64,000 nt of DNA from Clostridia bacterium (lineage in GTDB: Bacteria; Bacillota; Clostridia; TANB77; CAG-508): positions 1,291 to 65,290 of the forward strand of contig JAFUGK010000008.1 in the NCBI GenBank assembly GCA_017469445.1, written 5' to 3'. Below the pieces are notes generated by a model that made no database searches, was not told where the DNA came from, and saw nothing but the letters and a program-made list of their open reading frames with translations. Position numbers and translations under genes: made by a program. Positions 29,014-40,267 of this stretch are shown piece after piece; position 1 is the stretch's first letter; each line of letters starts with the position of its first letter.

Positions 29014-32000
29014 TCATTCCCAATTTAGAAACGTCCCCAAGCAAGTTGAGTATATGTAAACTTCTGTTACTTTTTTGTTGGTAGCTTGCTCTAATGCTTT
29101 TTTGTAAATTTCAAGTTGAACATGGTATTTTTGTATTAACTCTTTCCCTTCTTGTACGTAATCTGTTTTATAATCTATTAATACTAAATTTCCATTTTCA
29201 TCTTCATAATACAAGTCTATTATTCCTTGTACTAATATATTTTCATCAGTTCCTTCTTCATATATTTCTTTTGCTGGAATATTTATATAAAATGGTTCTT
29301 CTTTATATACTTTTTTTGCTTTTCTTATTTTTTCTGCAAGTTTACTTTGCGTAAAATTATACAACACATCTGCATCTATCTGTTTTGCCTCATTTTCATT
29401 TATTATTTCTTTTTTAACCATTTCTTCTATCATTTCTATAATCTGCTCTTTTGTATTTATTTTATTTAAATCCATCTTCTGTAAACACAAGTGAATTAGT
29501 GTTCCTTTCTCCGCTCCTGTTAGTTTTGAAGTTTTAGTTAAAAATTTAGGCTTTGGAATTATAAATTCTGTGTTCTGATTTTTCTGCTTTATTTGCTTAA
29601 TTTTACTTACGGATGTTTTACTTTCAAGGGTTGTAGAAAATTGATTTTTATAGCTCCAATTAAGTAAATTATTTATTTTTTCAGCTATGCTTTTATCTTT
29701 AGGTATCCATTTATTAATAATATCTTGTTTATCTATATTTTCTTCATTTTCACTTTTATTAATTATGTCTTTTTTATTATATACATAAACATCCATTAAT
29801 TCTTTCATTATTTTTTCATTTTTCAAATAAACCAATTCCAGCCATGCCAAATAAGATTTATATTGCTTTATCAAGCTAGAATTGATGTTTCCGTAAGCTT
29901 CTAATTCTTTTGTTTTATCAGAAATTGATTTCTTATAGTTTTTTTCTACTCCTGTTATTATTAATTTTTCTCTTGCCCTTGTCAATGCAACATACAAAAC
30001 TCTCATTTCTTCTGCTATAGCTTCTTGCCTTGCTTTTATTCTTATTGCATCACGTGAAATGGTATTATATGATACTTTTATATCTGTATCTATATACTTT
30101 ACACCAAATCCAATGTCTTGATGTAAAACAATACTATCATTTAAATCTCTCAAATTAAATTGCTTTGCTGTATCTGACAAAAACACAATTGGAAATTCAA
30201 GTCCTTTACTTTTATGTATACTCATTATTCTAACTACATTTTCATTCTCTCCAATCAGCTTAGCAGCACCTGTATCTGAATTGCTTAATTTTAGTTTATT
30301 CATAAAGTTAATAAAATTAAATAATCCTTTATATGCAGTACTTTCAAATTTTTTTGCTTTCTCAAATAACATTTTTAAATTTGCAACTCTTACATTTCCA
30401 TCTGGCATTAAACTTACATAATTGTAATATCCTGTTTCTAAGTATATAGTCCAAATTAATTCATCTATTCTAATATATTCTGATTTTACTCTCCATTCTT
30501 CTATTTTGTTTAAAAACTCCTCTATTTTTTGCCTTAGTTCCATATTTTCTTCTTCGCTTTTTGCTTTTTCTAAAGCCTCATAATAGTATCCATTTTGCTT
30601 ATGTAATCTTATTTTTAGCAAATCATTATCTGAAAAATTTCCTATACTACTCCTCATTACAGCTACAAGTGGAATATCTTGCAAAGGATTATCTATTACT
30701 TTTAATACAGACATTATTGTTTGTATTTCTATAGTATCTAAATAATCTTCTCCTGTATCTGTAAATACTGGTATTTGCTCTTCTATTAATGCTTTTTCGT
30801 ATATTGGTGCCAAATTTGTTGTTGCTCTAAGTAAAATAACTATATCTCTAAATTCTATTGGTCTATACTTTCTCTGTTTTTTATCAAATACATAATATTT
30901 TTCTTCTTTTAATTTTTTTATGCTATTTACAACAAATTTTGCTTCTATTTCTGTTTTTTCAGTATGTGCTTGTTCATCATCATCTTCTTCTTCATCTATC
31001 TTGGCCATATCTATAATATGCAATTCAGCTTTTCCTGCATAATTTATATCTTTTTCAGGCTTATCATAATCTTTATCTTGTTTCAAAAATTCTTCATCAG
31101 TATAATCTATATCTCCTAGTTTTTTACTCATTATATTTTCAAAAATTATATTTGTTAAATCTAATATGTTTTTTCTACTTCTAAAATTTTTAAAAAGCTG
31201 AATTTTTAAATCATCATTTTCCCTAAGTTCTTGTTTTAATTTATATTTTTCATATTTTTCCAAAAACAATTCCGGTCTAGCTTGTCTAAATTTATATATA
31301 CTTTGCTTGACATCTCCTACCATAAACATATTTTTACCATTTGATACTGATGTTAATATTTGCTCTTGCACCATATTACTATCTTGATATTCATCTACAG
31401 CAATTTCTGTAAATTGTTTCATATATTTTTTTGCTGTTTCCGTTTTTTCATAATTTCCTTTCTCATCTTGTTTTAGTAAAATTTCTAATGCAAAATGCTC
31501 TATATTATTAAAGTCTATAACATTTTTTTCACTTTTCTTTTTTTCATATAATTCAGAAAAAGAAATAATAATTTCCTTTATGCTTTTTAATATGTTATAC
31601 ATAAATTTTGCATCTGATTTGATTTGTGATGAATCATATGCAAAATATGTCTCTCTATCTTTCACAAATTTCTTTTTAATTGTATCTCTTAATTCTTTTG
31701 CTTTATCCTTTATATCTAAAGTAATTTTACTATCTTTCTTCCACGAAATATATTCTACACTATATGCTTTTTGCATCATTTCATCCCAAGTTTTAGCATT
31801 GTAAATAATGTTATTATATTCATTAATATCTGCTCTTAATATATCTGCATATTTTTTTGTTTCTGAGTATAAATCTAAATTTTTAGCCATTCTTTCTAAT
31901 TTTTTAATTGAATTTTCTATATTTCCCTTAAATTCATCTACTATTATTTTTCCCCATATTGTATTTAATATTTCCGTATTCTCATCTATGTTAAATTCCT

Positions 32001-32586
32001 CTACTTTTTCAGATAACCATTTTTCTGGAAATGGATTACTTTGTATAAAATTATATATTTTAAGTATAATACTCTTTAAAGTATCATCATTTCTATATCC
32101 TTCATAAGTATCTAATAATTTTATAAATCCTTTATTCTCTTCTTCATACAATTTTTCGAATATTTCTTCTATTGTTTCTTGTTTTATAAGTTCTATTTCA
32201 GCTGTATCTCCTATTCTAAAATTTGGAGATACTTCTATTTGATAAAAATTGTTTTTTATTACATCTAAACAAAATGAGTGAATTGTAGATATATTCGCCT
32301 TTCCTAGTAATACTATTTGTTTTTGTAAATGCTCATCTTCTGGCGTTTCATCTAACTTTTTATATATTGCTTCTAATATTCTTTCTCTCATTTCTGCTGC
32401 TGCTGCATTTGTAAATGTAACCACCAATATTTTATCAATATCTATTTTTTCATTTATTATTTTTTGTATAATTCTTTCAACAAGTACAGCTGTTTTTCCA
32501 CTTCCTGCACCTGCCGCAACAAGTATGTTTTCTCCTTTTTCTTTTATTGCTTGTAATTGTTCATCTGTCCATTTCACATCACTCAT
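29014..32586 (-). CDS. addA: ATP-dependent helicase/nuclease subunit A
   Basis: WTDEQ, AGAGSGKTAVLVER, VDEYQD, HKSKGLEF, YVALTRA, C-terminal nuclease QGIIDL..IDYKTD. Confidence 0.95.
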   Translation of the reverse strand: MSDVKWTDEQLQAIKEKGENILVAAGAGSGKTAVLVERIIQKIINEKIDIDKILVVTFTNAAAAEMRERILEAIYKKLDETPEDEHLQKQIVLLGKANISTIHSFCLDVIKNNFYQIEVSPNFRIGDTAEIELIKQETIEEIFEKLYEEENKGFIKLLDTYEGYRNDDTLKSIILKIYNFIQSNPFPEKWLSEKVEEFNIDENTEILNTIWGKIIVDEFKGNIENSIKKLERMAKNLDLYSETKKYADILRADINEYNNIIYNAKTWDEMMQKAYSVEYISWKKDSKITLDIKDKAKELRDTIKKKFVKDRETYFAYDSSQIKSDAKFMYNILKSIKEIIISFSELYEKKKSEKNVIDFNNIEHFALEILLKQDEKGNYEKTETAKKYMKQFTEIAVDEYQDSNMVQEQILTSVSNGKNMFMVGDVKQSIYKFRQARPELFLEKYEKYKLKQELRENDDLKIQLFKNFRSRKNILDLTNIIFENIMSKKLGDIDYTDEEFLKQDKDYDKPEKDINYAGKAELHIIDMAKIDEEEDDDEQAHTEKTEIEAKFVVNSIKKLKEEKYYVFDKKQRKYRPIEFRDIVILLRATTNLAPIYEKALIEEQIPVFTDTGEDYLDTIEIQTIMSVLKVIDNPLQDIPLVAVMRSSIGNFSDNDLLKIRLHKQNGYYYEALEKAKSEEENMELRQKIEEFLNKIEEWRVKSEYIRIDELIWTIYLETGYYNYVSLMPDGNVRVANLKMLFEKAKKFESTAYKGLFNFINFMNKLKLSNSDTGAAKLIGENENVVRIMSIHKSKGLEFPIVFLSDTAKQFNLRDLNDSIVLHQDIGFGVKYIDTDIKVSYNTISRDAIRIKARQEAIAEEMRVLYVALTRAREKLIITGVEKNYKKSISDKTKELEAYGNINSSLIKQYKSYLAWLELVYLKNEKIMKELMDVYVYNKKDIINKSENEENIDKQDIINKWIPKDKSIAEKINNLLNWSYKNQFSTTLESKTSVSKIKQIKQKNQNTEFIIPKPKFLTKTSKLTGAEKGTLIHLCLQKMDLNKINTKEQIIEMIEEMVKKEIINENEAKQIDADVLYNFTQSKLAEKIRKAKKVYKEEPFYINIPAKEIYEEGTDENILVQGIIDLYYEDENGNLVLIDYKTDYVQEGKELIQKYHVQLEIYKKALEQATNKKVTEVYIYSTCLGTFLNWE

Positions 32587-32778
32587 ACTATTTACCTCTA
32601 TTACAATATTCTTGAATAAAGTATAATAATTATGCTCATTTCTGTCAAGTTTCAAATTGCCTATCGTTTTTATTTTTAACATCATTATTTTCCAACATAA
32701 AACTTCTTACTTTTGAAATACTATAATTATATAATTTGTTATTCTATTTTTATTATGTAGGAAATTTATATAATTTAT

Positions 32779-32943
32779 AATTCTAAGTAATAATAATATT
32801 TTTTTGCTCCTTACTGGTCGGACTAATCATATAAATAACTTATAAAATTTTCAAAATCAGAAAAGTTAATCTATCTAATCTGTATGAATACGAGTCCTCC
32901 CAAACTGCGCGTCGCTACAAAAATATTATTATTACTTAGAATT
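32779..32943 (+). repeat. Structured intergenic element family B, copy 2
   Basis: Homolog of 11395-11558 in opposite orientation; terminal IR AATTCTAAGTAATAATAATATTTT. Confidence 0.85.
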
Positions 32944-32990
32944 CAGAAAATACTAACAAATATTTCTATTATAAAAGGAGGTTAATTAAT

Positions 32991-33422
32991 ATGGAAGATG
33001 AAAATGTTGAAATATTAAACAAAATTCATAAAGGAATAGTAATGGGAATGGAATCTATTTCTGTTATTGAGCCTAAAGTTGGAGATAGAAATTTTAGAGA
33101 TGATTTAAATTACCAATATAACGAATATGGAAAAATTTTAGACAAAATTAATTCTACTGCAGAAACTTCTAATATTCAGCTAGAAGATACAACTACAGGT
33201 GAAAAAGTTATGGGTTGGGCTACACTCCAAATGAATACAATTATGGATAAAAGTAATTCTCAAATTTCTGAAATATTAATTAGAGGAAATACTATGGGAA
33301 TTATTGAAGGAAGAAAATTGTTAAACCAAAATCCAGATGCAACACAAGAAGTTAAGAATATATTAAATGAATTTGTAAAAATTCAAGAAAATAACATCGA
33401 AAAACTAAAAACATATCTATAA
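32991..33422 (+). CDS. Conserved hypothetical protein (ferritin-like helical bundle, possibly sporulation-related)
   Basis: 143 aa, strong RBS AGGAGG; MG..S, G.TMGI, ENNIEKLK.YL pattern. Confidence 0.65.
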   Translation: MEDENVEILNKIHKGIVMGMESISVIEPKVGDRNFRDDLNYQYNEYGKILDKINSTAETSNIQLEDTTTGEKVMGWATLQMNTIMDKSNSQISEILIRGNTMGIIEGRKLLNQNPDATQEVKNILNEFVKIQENNIEKLKTYL

Positions 33423-33503
33423 TTTGATGGAAAAGTAGCTTATTTGCAAATATCTTATTTATATAATCATTTTAGTATAAAATTAGTCTGTGAGGTGAAT
33501 TTT

Positions 33504-33722
33504 ATGCTAAATTTCAATATTAATGAACTATTGAAAAAGAGGAACAAAAGCAAATATTGGTTATGTCAAAATATGAATATTACAAGCAGAAATTTAAACA
33601 GAGTAATAAATGGCGAAACTTCTTCTATTTCCTTTAGATATATTGAAGAATTTTGCAAATACCTAGATTGTACACCTTCAGAACTAATTGAAATAACAGA
33701 AAACAAGAAAAAAGAAGCATAA
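33504..33722 (+). CDS. Xre/Cro family HTH transcriptional regulator
   Basis: LLKKRNKSKYWL...ISF..IEEFCKYLDCTPSELI; ATG after GAGGTG. Confidence 0.85.
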   Translation: MLNFNINELLKKRNKSKYWLCQNMNITSRNLNRVINGETSSISFRYIEEFCKYLDCTPSELIEITENKKKEA

Positions 33723-33726
33723 ACTA

Positions 33727-33758
33727 AAACCCCTTTCTAAATTATAGAAAGGGGTTTT
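33727..33758. terminator. Bidirectional terminator
   Basis: AAAACCCCTTTCTA..TAGAAAGGGGTTTT. Confidence 0.75.
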
Positions 33759-33760
33759 CT

Positions 33761-34594
33761 TTATTGTTTTAAATATATACTTGGGTCTAAATATTCATTA
33801 TCCTTTAGTATTTCAAAATGAAGATGTGGTTCATCTAAAATTTCAAATGTAGCAGTATTTCCAACAGTTCCAATGGTTTGTCCACTTTCTACGGTTTCAC
33901 CTTCTGTAACAAATTCTGCAGTTAATAAATTTGCATAAACTGTTTTAAAGCCATTATCATGCAATATTGTTACTGTTAATCCATATCTTGGATCATTTTT
34001 TATTGTACTTACCTTTCCATTAGCAGATGCTTTAACAACAGTAGTTTTTTCTGCTTTTATATCTATTCCATTATGTGAAACCCATTCCTCTAATGTTTCT
34101 GAATATACAAGTTTATCATTTGCAAATTCCCTTATTATTTCACCTTGTACAGGAACAGTAAATACAGGGTCTTTTGCTTCTTCAGTACTTGCTACTGTCT
34201 CCAGGTTATCATTTTCTACAATTGCATTTTCAGTTTCTTGGCTTACAGTTTGAACAGTGTCTTCTTCAATTTCTTCCTGCTCTTGCACTTGAAATATTGT
34301 TTCTTTTTTTTCTAGTTCTACATTTTCTTCTTGCTCATTTTTTAATTCAGCTACTGTTTTTCCTATTTCAGTACTAGCATCTTGTACTATATTTTCAGTA
34401 GTTATTGTATTTGGCACTAAACTAGATATTTTGCTTGTACTGTACTCTCCTTCTAAAGCATCATTTTTAAGCTTATTGCTAAATAACATCATTCCAACCA
34501 CAAATGCGATAATCGCAACTACAATTACACCACCTGCTGCATATATCAAGGTTCTGTTGTTATCAATTTCATGTTTCCTTGTTTCTCTTCTCAT
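33761..34594 (-). CDS. spoIIQ: M23 family peptidase, SpoIIQ-like
   Basis: N-terminal TM, LVYSETL..W..HNGID, PHLHFE; follows spoIID. Confidence 0.75.
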   Translation of the reverse strand: MRRETRKHEIDNNRTLIYAAGGVIVVAIIAFVVGMMLFSNKLKNDALEGEYSTSKISSLVPNTITTENIVQDASTEIGKTVAELKNEQEENVELEKKETIFQVQEQEEIEEDTVQTVSQETENAIVENDNLETVASTEEAKDPVFTVPVQGEIIREFANDKLVYSETLEEWVSHNGIDIKAEKTTVVKASANGKVSTIKNDPRYGLTVTILHDNGFKTVYANLLTAEFVTEGETVESGQTIGTVGNTATFEILDEPHLHFEILKDNEYLDPSIYLKQ

Positions 34595-34660
34595 TTTATC
34601 CTCCTAAAAATATTTTTTCTATTAGAATTATTTCCTATTTTTTGGAGTTTATACTTTATT

Positions 34661-35647
34661 TTAGTAATTAATTATTTCCACACCTTGATAAAAATGTTTT
34701 ATTATTTCCTCATAATTTTTACCTTGTTTGGCTAAGCTATCACTTCCTGTTTGGCTAAGCCCTACACCATGTCCATATCCTTTTACTGAGAAAACTACTT
34801 TTTCTCCATCCATTTCTGCTCCAAAATTAGCAGATTTCAATCCAAATATGCTTCTAGCCTCTACTCCAGACAAATTAATATTTCCTACTCTAATGGTTCT
34901 TACTCTTCCAGAATCAGTGTATTCTAATATTTTTATTGGCTCGTCTACTGTCCAATCAATCTCCGCTTCGTCATGCTTTTCTTTCAGTTTGCTTAGCACT
35001 TCTTCTTTTGTTAGCTCTACTGTAGATAAATATTGAGAATAATTTTCTTCTCCAGATGTTGCAACTACTTGCAAATATGGATATCCGCTTCCTCCCCACA
35101 CATTTATTGGAACTTCTGTAGTACCTCCACTATTCGAATGAAAAAATGCATTTATAGGTTCACCACTATATGTTACTATTTTACCTTTGGTATCATTTAC
35201 TGCTTCTTCAATTTTTGCCCAATTAGTTTCTTTTTCACTTTCTTCCCATCTATTTAATCTATCCTCCTTAGATATCCATGCTTGGCAACAGTTTGAATTA
35301 TCGCAAATATCTGCTCTTTCGTGCTTAGTTCCATTATGCATTATTGTGTATATAGTATAAGTTCTTGCAACTACAGCCTGTGCTTTTAATGCTTCTATAT
35401 CATAGCTTGCAGGCATTTCAGCAGACACAACTCCTAATAAATACTCATCCAAATTTAATTCTTCTATCTCTCCTGTAGAATTATGTAATAATTTTATAGT
35501 ATTATATTTTGAATATTCATACTGTGCTTCTTCATTATTTTCCTCTATATTACTTACTTGTTCTATCTGATTAGTTTTTGTGAAAATTATGGGAATTACA
35601 AAAGTAAATATTATAATTGAAAAAAAATATATAACTATCTTTCTCAT
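34661..35647 (-). CDS. spoIID: Stage II sporulation protein D
   Basis: EYL.GVVSAEMP, EALKAQAVVARTY, CQAW, GYGHGVGLSQ. Confidence 0.93.
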   Translation of the reverse strand: MRKIVIYFFSIIIFTFVIPIIFTKTNQIEQVSNIEENNEEAQYEYSKYNTIKLLHNSTGEIEELNLDEYLLGVVSAEMPASYDIEALKAQAVVARTYTIYTIMHNGTKHERADICDNSNCCQAWISKEDRLNRWEESEKETNWAKIEEAVNDTKGKIVTYSGEPINAFFHSNSGGTTEVPINVWGGSGYPYLQVVATSGEENYSQYLSTVELTKEEVLSKLKEKHDEAEIDWTVDEPIKILEYTDSGRVRTIRVGNINLSGVEARSIFGLKSANFGAEMDGEKVVFSVKGYGHGVGLSQTGSDSLAKQGKNYEEIIKHFYQGVEIINY

Positions 35648-35658
35648 ACGCACCTCTT

Positions 35659-36375
35659 TTAAGCTATGAGCTTGTTTCTCATAGATGATAATATCTTTTT
35701 TTCTATTCTAGATACTTGCACTTGTGTAATTCCCAATATTTTTGCCACTTCAGTTTGTGTTTTTTCTTTATAATATCGAAGTACTATTATCTCTTTTTCT
35801 CTTGAATTTAAACTATCTATTAATTCTTTTAAAAATATTTTATCTGTAATCATACTAGCTTCATCTATTCCTGTTTCTATTATTTCTATTTTACTAGGTC
35901 CATCGTCTTTGTTAGTATCATCATTAATAGATTCAATAGTTCTACTAGAGTCTATTGCAACTGCTATTTCTTCTTTTGTTACATTTAGCTTTTCTGCCAG
36001 CAAATTTATACTTATTTCTTTTCCTTCTTTTTTTATATACTCTTGTTGTAATTCGTTTATTTTCATGCTAAGTTCTTTTATACTTCTACTTACTTTTATT
36101 AGTCCATCATCTCTTATGAATCTTTTTATTTCTCCTAATATGTATGGTACTGCATATGTAGATATTTTCACATCAAAACTTGTATCAAAGCGTTTTATTG
36201 CCTTTATAAATCCCATACAACCTATTTGATACAAATCTTCTACTTCATAACCTCTGCCAATAAATCTTTTAACAATACTCCATGTGAGTCCATTATTGCC
36301 TTTTAATATTTCTTCCATTTTTTCTTCATTACCATTTTGTGCTGCAATAATGTCCTCTCTCTTTGTCTCATACAT
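35659..36375 (-). CDS. sigF: RNA polymerase sporulation sigma factor SigF
   Basis: DLYQIGCMG, STYAVPYILGEIKRFIRDDG, QVQVSRIEKK; third gene of spoIIA operon. Confidence 0.9.
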   Translation of the reverse strand: MYETKREDIIAAQNGNEEKMEEILKGNNGLTWSIVKRFIGRGYEVEDLYQIGCMGFIKAIKRFDTSFDVKISTYAVPYILGEIKRFIRDDGLIKVSRSIKELSMKINELQQEYIKKEGKEISINLLAEKLNVTKEEIAVAIDSSRTIESINDDTNKDDGPSKIEIIETGIDEASMITDKIFLKELIDSLNSREKEIIVLRYYKEKTQTEVAKILGITQVQVSRIEKKILSSMRNKLIA

Positions 36376-36406
36376 AATAGCCCCTTTCTTTTGTAATTTA
36401 TATGTA

Positions 36407-36871
36407 CTAGTTTAAAATTTCGCTCTGATTCATTAAAGCATCTTTATGAATTACTTTTTTCATTGTAACTTTTGTTCCAAGACCTACAATAGACTCTATT
36501 TTTACATCATCCATAAAGCTTTCCATTATTGTAAATCCCATGCCAGACCTTTCTAAATTTGGTTTTGAAGTATATAATGGTTCTCGTGCTACCTCTATAT
36601 TTTCTATTCCTTTACCTGTATCAGATATTTCAATTTGAATACTACCAGCATACATTTTACATTCAATTTTTATTATTCCTTCTCTGTCTTCGTATCCGTG
36701 AATTATTGCATTTGTAACAGCCTCTGAAACTGCTGTTTTTATATCTGCTAACTCTTCTATACTTGGATCCAGTTGTGCAGCAAATGCAGCAACTGTTATT
36801 CTTGCAAAAGCCTCATTATTTGATTTACTTAAAAATTCTAGTTTCATCTCATTTTCATAGATATCACTCAT
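36407..36871 (-). CDS. spoIIAB: Anti-sigma F factor
   Basis: NEAFARITVAAF, EAVTNAIIHGY, ERSGMGFTIMESFMD. Confidence 0.96.
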   Translation of the reverse strand: MSDIYENEMKLEFLSKSNNEAFARITVAAFAAQLDPSIEELADIKTAVSEAVTNAIIHGYEDREGIIKIECKMYAGSIQIEISDTGKGIENIEVAREPLYTSKPNLERSGMGFTIMESFMDDVKIESIVGLGTKVTMKKVIHKDALMNQSEILN

Positions 36872-36898
36872 TTATTTTTCTCCTTTCTTTCTAATGAC

Positions 36899-36951
36899 AG
36901 GGGATACTTCTTTAGCTTTAGCCATTCCTTTGTTGCTAAGAAATGTCCCCT
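36899..36951. repeat. Degenerate GGGGAC-type palindrome inside spoIIA operon
   Basis: AGGGGATACTTCTTTAGC..GCTAAGAAATGTCCCCT. Confidence 0.5.
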
Positions 36952-37297
36952 ACCCTTGTGGGCTGGTGATGTCAGTTTTCAATATATCACTCTTTTTTAT
37001 AGGAATTATTTTAGATACACCCGACATTTCGAATACTTTTTCTAAACTAGGTTTAACATTAGCTAATTCCAAACTTCCTCCGAGCATTGACATAAGCTTA
37101 TATCTTCCAACTACCATTCCTATTCCTGAACTGTCCATAAAAGTAACGTTATTAAAATCAAATAAAGTTTTTTTAGGCATATATCTTTGAATCTCATAAT
37201 CTGCCCTCCTTCTTATTTTTTCTGCTACATGATGATCTATTTCTTCTGTAATTTCCATAACCAATAACTTGTCCTCTTTTTGGTAATATACATTCAA
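36950..37297 (-). CDS. spoIIAA: Anti-sigma F factor antagonist
   Basis: EIDHH.AE, FMDSSGIG..GRYK STAS motif. Confidence 0.93.
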   Translation of the reverse strand: MNVYYQKEDKLLVMEITEEIDHHVAEKIRRRADYEIQRYMPKKTLFDFNNVTFMDSSGIGMVVGRYKLMSMLGGSLELANVKPSLEKVFEMSGVSKIIPIKKSDILKTDITSPQG

Positions 37298-37328
37298 GCT
37301 ATTCGCCTCCTTTAGTATATTATTTTAT

Positions 37329-37355
37329 ATTCTATTTTTTCCAATTTTTTCCTTT
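37329..37355 (-). promoter_or_regulatory. Sigma-H promoter of spoIIA operon
   Basis: AAAGGAAAA-N11-ATAGAAT matches the sigma-H consensus; near-consensus 0A box TGTCGGA at about 37375. Confidence 0.6.
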
Positions 37356-37382
37356 GATGAAATATAGGAAGTTTTGTCGGAA

Positions 37383-37444
37383 AATAAAAATGAGACACTA
37401 TCCAAAAATTTTCTAAATTTTTTTGATAGTGTCTCATTTTTATT
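37383..37444. terminator. Long hairpin / terminator (GAGAC-type palindrome)
   Basis: AATAAAAATGAGACACTATC..GATAGTGTCTCATTTTTATT. Confidence 0.65.
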
Positions 37445-37455
37445 CTAGTTTCCTT

Positions 37456-38991
37456 TTAAATATTAAACTCAATCGTTGGTTCTGCAGTTGTTTGCTGTGG
37501 TTGTTCTCCTTGATTTATTTCTGTATTTTCTTGCACTGTTTCTTGTGTTACATCTGCTTGATTTTGTGTTTGTTCTACTGTTTGTCCTTCTTGTGTTGTT
37601 GATTCCGCTGTTTCTGTTTGTTCTGTTGTTTGCCCAGTTGATTGTTGACTTAGTTTTAAATAATCATTTAATTCTATTGTTTGTTCACCATATGTTAAGT
37701 AGAATGTATCTTTTCCAGACATTGTTATAGAATAAATTTTATCAAATGCATATGGTGCTAGCAATTTTCCTGTTGAATTTATCATTCCATATTTTCCATC
37801 TTTGCATACTACAATTCCTTCTATTTCTGGAATAATAAGTAAATTATTTTCTGAAGATCCTCTACTTGTTTTTGATATATATCCTAAACTGTCATATTCT
37901 AATGGTAAAATTTGATTTCCATTTATATCTATAATACCCCATTTTTCATTTCTTAAAACTGGAATACAATTATCAAATAATAACATATTATTTGTTATAT
38001 TATTGCTTGGATAAAGTGATGAATTAATTCCAATTTGATTATATTCTATGTATACTATTCTTTGCCCATTTCTATCTAAAACACCACTCACATTTCCATT
38101 TCTAACATAATACAATCTTAATTCATTATCTAATACTTTTATTTCATCATAATTCAAGTCAATTTTTTGTGCTCCATCATCTGATAATATTCCAACTTTT
38201 TTATTACTTGTCACAAAAAATTCTTGTGTCTTTTCTTCGAAAGTAATTGCATCATATTTTGCACCTATAATATTTTTATTATCTAATGTTACTACCCCAT
38301 ATTTTGTAGATGTTACTCTTCCGTTTGTGTCAGTCTCTGTTTGAGATATAACTAACATACCATATAATATTGCTTTTGAATTAGCAAAACTTGTATCAAT
38401 TCCTGCATAATTATAATTATTAACTGCTATTTGTTGATAATATGATACCAATCTATCTAATGTTGTTATTTGTATCCTATTTTTCTCTTGATTATATGTA
38501 AATTGTAAATTGCATGCTTTTTCTATTGCATCCTCTAAACAATATAGTTTGCCATTTAGAGATTTTACTGATTCTTGTACTTCGTACCATTCATAGTTAG
38601 CTGATGTGTCATTTGGATTAATCTTATAAATTCTATTTGAACCTAGCTCGAATCCTGTTACTTCATTTCTAGATTGTATATAGCATTTAGAATTATCCTC
38701 AGTATGTTTGTTATATTCACCTTGAAAATATCTATAACCTACAAGTGGTGCAAAATCATTAATAGATATATATGTTTTTCCACTTTCATCATCAAACACA
38801 AATAATTCCTTTGACATTGCTACTTGCTTATTATCTATAAGCATTTTTAAAGTTTGTGAATCTTTGTAAAAAACATACATATAAATTCCTAAAACTATAA
38901 AGAGTGCCACAACCGCAACTATTATAGAAATTATAATAATTTTCTTTATTTTATTATCCTTGGGCTGAATACTTTGTCCTCCTAAATTCAT
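37456..38991 (-). CDS. Membrane-anchored WG-repeat-containing protein
   Basis: N-terminal TM; repeated K[YW]G[VI]..xG..I....YD units; Q/T/E-rich tail. Confidence 0.75.
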   Translation of the reverse strand: MNLGGQSIQPKDNKIKKIIIISIIVAVVALFIVLGIYMYVFYKDSQTLKMLIDNKQVAMSKELFVFDDESGKTYISINDFAPLVGYRYFQGEYNKHTEDNSKCYIQSRNEVTGFELGSNRIYKINPNDTSANYEWYEVQESVKSLNGKLYCLEDAIEKACNLQFTYNQEKNRIQITTLDRLVSYYQQIAVNNYNYAGIDTSFANSKAILYGMLVISQTETDTNGRVTSTKYGVVTLDNKNIIGAKYDAITFEEKTQEFFVTSNKKVGILSDDGAQKIDLNYDEIKVLDNELRLYYVRNGNVSGVLDRNGQRIVYIEYNQIGINSSLYPSNNITNNMLLFDNCIPVLRNEKWGIIDINGNQILPLEYDSLGYISKTSRGSSENNLLIIPEIEGIVVCKDGKYGMINSTGKLLAPYAFDKIYSITMSGKDTFYLTYGEQTIELNDYLKLSQQSTGQTTEQTETAESTTQEGQTVEQTQNQADVTQETVQENTEINQGEQPQQTTAEPTIEFNI

Positions 38992-39001
38992 ATAAATCCT
39001 C

Positions 39002-40144
<1,143 letters not shown>

Positions 40145-40163
40145 TTATCCATTAAAAATATAG

Positions 40164-40259
40164 GTACAAAGTAGCCCAACGTAGGTGATGCATTTTTCTT
40201 TCGAATACTTGGAGAAAGAAAATATCCATCACCGGTTAAGATTGGGCGGATCTCTGTGC
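40164..40259. other. Structured intergenic element between queA and tgt
   Basis: Nested stems GCCCAA/TTGGGC, GGTGATG/CATCACC, TTTTCTTT/AAAGAAAA. Confidence 0.55.
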
Positions 40260-40267
40260 AATTAATA

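Noticed and set aside
37476-37650. Tandem repeat or CRISPR in TGTT-rich stretch
   Set aside because: Low-complexity Q/T/E coding tail; no constant repeat-spacer structure. No CRISPR array was seen anywhere in the window
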